The notes beneath the pieces are model-generated. The model searched no databases. It saw nothing but the letters and a program-made list of their open reading frames with translations, and was not told the origin of the DNA. Shown here one piece after another: positions 61,301 to 64,000 of a stretch of DNA of 64,000 nt. Where the stretch lies: the sequence record ON529855.1. One strand, 5' to 3'. The first letter of the stretch is position 1, and the number at the start of each line of letters is the position of its first letter. Both the position numbers and the translations under genes were made by a program.

Positions 61301-64000
61301 CGCCGGCGCCCCCGGCTGAGGTCGCCGCCAGATTGGTGCCAGCGGCTCCGCCGTAATAGCCGCCGCCGCCGCCCGGACCCGCGTTAAGGCCTGCGGCCGT
61401 ATCAGGGGTCGACCCATCCGGATAGCCCTGCCCGCCCGACAGATATGCGCCGGACGAAATCGAGCCCACCGCCCGCCCGCGCAGAAGCCCGCCACGATAA
61501 TCTCGGCCGCCGTTGCCGACGGTGGTCGCCGGACCCGCGCCGGGAAGGCCGATACGACCGCCGGCCGCACCGCCGTCGCCCGGCACAGCAGCCGAATACC
61601 AGCTATTGGCTCCGCCGCCGCCGCCTGCGACGAGTTGCAGCACGCCGTTGATCCAGACCCGCGAGGAGCCGCCGCCCGAGCCCGCCAGGCTGGTGCCGGC
61701 GGCTTCATACTTGCCGCCCCGTCCGCCGTCGGGCCAGCCGCCAAGGCCAGAGACCGTATCCGTGGGCGCCGGGACGCCGCCGCCCGAGGCGACATCCACA
61801 CGGACCACGTCGCCCGGCTTGACCAGGAACTCCGCGAGGCTGAAGGCGCCCGCACCGGCGACCGAGGGCGTGGTCACCGAGGGGCGAACGGCGGCGGAGC
61901 CGCCAGCGCCCCACAGCTTGACCTTGAGGAGACCGGCGGTGGTGACGTTGAACAGGCGTTCAGAACGGTTCGAACCATACGCGGTCTTGCCGGTCGGCAG
62001 ATCGACCGGAACCAGGTAGTTGAGGATCGCGAGACCGTCGCCGCCAGGCGCGGGGTTCTGCGCCAGCGTGGACGTTCCGGCGGAGCCCTGGGCCGTGCCC
62101 AGCACGAAGCCCGGCACGGCGGTTCCGCCCAGGCCGACGACGCTTTCGCCGTTGGCGGGCGTCAGGTGAGAGCCGCCCCCAGCCGAGCCGGCGGCCGTCG
62201 CCGCATTCAAGGAGGAGCCGCCGCCGCCGCCGTAGTAGCCGCCGCCGCCGCCCGGACCCATGCCCAGGCCGATGCCGTTAGAGCCGAGGCTGTATCGGGC
62301 GTTGCCGACGCCGAAGCCGTTGCCGCCCCGGAGGCTGGAGCCTGCGTAGGTGGTGTCGGTCGGATAACCCGTGTTGACGCCGCCGGAGACCTGAGTGCCG
62401 CCGGTTCCGGGCTTCAGATTGGCGTTGCTCGCCGGTCCGCCGTCCGCGCCGCCGCCGGCGCCGCCAGCCACTGCGACACTGGAGCCGCCGCCACCGCCGC
62501 CACCGCCGCCGGCCACCATGACCAGGACGTCGTTCTTGTAAAGCCGCGTGGAGCCGCCGCCGCCGCCGTAACCCGTCAGGGCGGAGATGCGCGCGCCGTC
62601 GCCGCCGTCGGGCCAACCGCCTTGACCGCCGCCCGCCGTCGCGAAGGGACGACCGCCTTGTCCGACTTCAACCCGCAGCGTGTCGCCGGGCACGACTTCA
62701 ATGGCGGCGCGCGTGTAGCCTCCGTCGCCGCCAGGGCGGAAGGTGCCGACCGTCGCGCCGGAGCCGGCGCCGCCCCACAGGTTGACGTTGACCGTCCCCT
62801 TCTGGGAGATGGTGATGGTCCGGGCCGTCGCCGTGTGGCCGAAGACGTTGTTGCCCAGAACCAGGGTCGTCGGCTGGAGCGGGATCGCCGCCGGGGTCTC
62901 ATCAAAGCGGATGAAGACCTGACCATCGCCGCCCTCAGTCACCCAGGGCTGGGTCAGCGTCGCCGATGCGCTGGCCGGACGCGCAACGCCCGAGACGTAT
63001 TCCGGCAGGTCCGCGCTGGGAGGGGTGAACCCGCTGCCGGCCGCATTGGTGCCGTTGAGCGGGGTCAGCGACGAGCCGCCGCCCGCACCGCCCGCACCCG
63101 TGACGGCGCCTGCGACCGTGTCGCAGCCGCCGGCTCCGCCGTAATAGCCGCCGCCGCCGCCGGGGCCGGTGCCCTCGCCGACCGAAGCGTTGGAGCCCCC
63201 GACCGGATAGCCGTGACCGCCCTTCAGGTAGTCGCCGGCGTAGGAGGCGTCCGTCGTGTAAAGCTTGTTGACGCCGCCCGCCGTCTGCGTGCCGCCGCCA
63301 CCGACGGCGAAGTTGGCGTTGGAGGCCGGAGCACCATCCTGACCCGTCTCGCCGCCGCCTGCGCCGCCCTGGGCCGTATTGATGCCCGCGCCGCCCGCAC
63401 CGCCGCCGGCGGCGACCGCCAGCAGACTGCTGTTGAGATAGACGCGGGTCGAGCCGCCGCCGCCGCCCCAACCGATCGCCGCCGAGCCCATGCCGCCGTT
63501 GCCGCCGTCGGGCCAGCCGCCCAGGCCGCCGGTCGTTGCCGTGGGGCCTCGACCGCCCTGCGCCACCTGGAAGCTGAGCGTGTCGCCGGGCACGACGTCG
63601 CGCGTGAACGAGACCATGCCGGCCGCGCCGCCGTTGGCGAGCGTTCCCGTGCCCGCGACGCCGCCGGCGCCGCCGCCCCAGGCGCGGACCGTCACCTTGC
63701 CAGGCTTGGTGGCGACCCAGGTCTGATTGACGGCACCGGCGTAAAGCAGGGTCCGTTCGGGCGCGACCGTTTGTTGGGCGACCAGAGCCAGGACCGCAAG
63801 ACCATTGCCGCCGTGCGTCGTCGACGAGAGGTTGGACGTGCCGTTGCCGCTGGCCGCGACGCCGGCGACGTAGTCGGGGTCCGAAGCGTTCGGAACGCCG
63901 TTGGAGCCGGTGTTGTTCGCGCCGCCGGCCTCGGTTCCACCGGTCTTGCCGTTGTTCCAGCGTCGCGTGTAGCCGTCGTAGCCCGCATGGATGTAACTGG
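58311..64000 (-). CDS. giant Gly-rich repeat virion protein (5' end outside the window, >1890 aa)
   Basis: Frame is open to the window edge; four complete WGG..GGWPDGG..GGGSTR..GGGGYYGG modules plus the tail of a fifth; Pro/Gly spacers; collar motif and beta-sandwich C-terminus. Confidence 0.9.
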   Translation of the reverse strand, partial: SYIHAGYDGYTRRWNNGKTGGTEAGGANNTGSNGVPNASDPDYVAGVAASGNGTSNLSSTTHGGNGLAVLALVAQQTVAPERTLLYAGAVNQTWVATKPGKVTVRAWGGGAGGVAGTGTLANGGAAGMVSFTRDVVPGDTLSFQVAQGGRGPTATTGGLGGWPDGGNGGMGSAAIGWGGGGGSTRVYLNSSLLAVAAGGGAGGAGINTAQGGAGGGETGQDGAPASNANFAVGGGGTQTAGGVNKLYTTDASYAGDYLKGGHGYPVGGSNASVGEGTGPGGGGGYYGGAGGCDTVAGAVTGAGGAGGGSSLTPLNGTNAAGSGFTPPSADLPEYVSGVARPASASATLTQPWVTEGGDGQVFIRFDETPAAIPLQPTTLVLGNNVFGHTATARTITISQKGTVNVNLWGGAGSGATVGTFRPGGDGGYTRAAIEVVPGDTLRVEVGQGGRPFATAGGGQGGWPDGGDGARISALTGYGGGGGSTRLYKNDVLVMVAGGGGGGGGGSSVAVAGGAGGGADGGPASNANLKPGTGGTQVSGGVNTGYPTDTTYAGSSLRGGNGFGVGNARYSLGSNGIGLGMGPGGGGGYYGGGGGSSLNAATAAGSAGGGSHLTPANGESVVGLGGTAVPGFVLGTAQGSAGTSTLAQNPAPGGDGLAILNYLVPVDLPTGKTAYGSNRSERLFNVTTAGLLKVKLWGAGGSAAVRPSVTTPSVAGAGAFSLAEFLVKPGDVVRVDVASGGGVPAPTDTVSGLGGWPDGGRGGKYEAAGTSLAGSGGGSSRVWINGVLQLVAGGGGGANSWYSAAVPGDGGAAGGRIGLPGAGPATTVGNGGRDYRGGLLRGRAVGSISSGAYLSGGQGYPDGSTPDTAAGLNAGPGGGGGYYGGAAGTNLAATSAGGAGGGSSYGGPLALNYRLAGGVGANPPATGDADYAAGVGVGGVQATKAAILPGGDGRAVLDFTPGASIAPLPEGALSLLGDVYGPRDFITTFSGGVNLNLWGGGGAGSQLYTNTIAQDSIGGAGGHLTGVVMFQPGDLIRIEVGQGGSSPGNFTGSMGGWPDGGGGGPGTYGGGAGGGSTRVWRNGVLVAVVGGGGAGAATAARRGGFGGGLSGGNGVGTAQGMGTGGTQSAGGVGASNTSGNGNGAYLRGGDGFQIDGSESVVGASGVGATGAGGGGGYYGGGGGALNSGSTSGSAGGGSGFLGDLLLEGVTETSATGTPAGTTNPVYQSGVGLGGVPNFAIVPGMAGGPGLAALSVFEGELSIPVTFNVTQIGTVLVTSASGSGEGSKAGDAVGSLPVVTVVPPVGAIAMGAQGSGDLGESILMMDPQAKAAGGIGAYLPTIYVSGDLGGQPQNDALVVTGIGEDLAYPFPPSVGLEAGVDLKLDQTLTVTLQPMNYILGNGFEMFDPLVIALSEIEGEMGVADMWIGEIDSVIPLTAPEGSAEGNAGWAPQPGQFLGVVTLQAPQGDLSGPDETADGDFGAPVQIVPLAGLGELPIPYTTEPFENDITIAFATGGATGAANAIVSAGPQGGPLVTIAVGMNGDPLVEVTASVSRDLGLILVGTPLASFSRSATVRINYFDRIYVTPPRGFAAELTAAVVDGDLSDSVILVSPPESEGAGGTSASAPLPTVYLQPVEGYVEDGDGVHVSGSGGVVIRYKRTLVRGNVPIALEPLEIALNETDGLLFATDGYGVMQARPLGRIALGGVAPEGGEPGDILYADGTWRAPDPVYDAPVLLPARAGDRYLTDFGMDASANQPPVGKVVYRPFFLPRTTRFTRFGVTITAASAGTIRFGVCRWDQALQMPGDVAVSVQVSASGPTGPKSVDQDVVLEAGWHAAMIAVTGAAPTLSARRGPTAFAADMTMVGDPAAPDTGSLLDAPTPTSREASALAYVWATA

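Overview
GC-rich segment of a large lytic siphophage genome, most likely phiCbK-like and infecting Caulobacter/Brevundimonas-type alphaproteobacteria. That placement is inferred from gene order and from the alphaproteobacterial-type GapR, DUF4170 and tRNA-His; I ran no database search. Nearly all genes are on the minus strand. In transcription order (right to left): a partial giant Gly-rich virion protein and neighbours (64000-56566); about 29 tRNAs in four arrays plus two oversized tRNA-like RNAs, interleaved with small accessory genes (GapR, peptide deformylase, phosphoesterase, AAA protein; 56500-46500); PAS and membrane genes, PhoH, head-tail joining genes, major tail protein, frameshifted tail chaperone, tape measure, duplicated GTA-type tail-tip genes and tail fibres (46239-9729); Maf/MptE-like, MazG-like and SerRS-core-like enzymes; a lysis cassette with two endolysins, holin and overlapping spanins; a 1.1 kb structured non-coding region; an adenine MTase, a phosphoesterase-like gene and a partial C5 MTase. 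Top finding: the two large tRNA arrays each sit behind a promoter, a short leader ORF and an intrinsic terminator with a competing antiterminator. The codons of each leader match the amino-acid identities of its own downstream tRNAs (33/33 and 16/17 codons). This looks like a ribosome-stalling attenuator that switches on phage tRNA operons when the matching host tRNAs run short.
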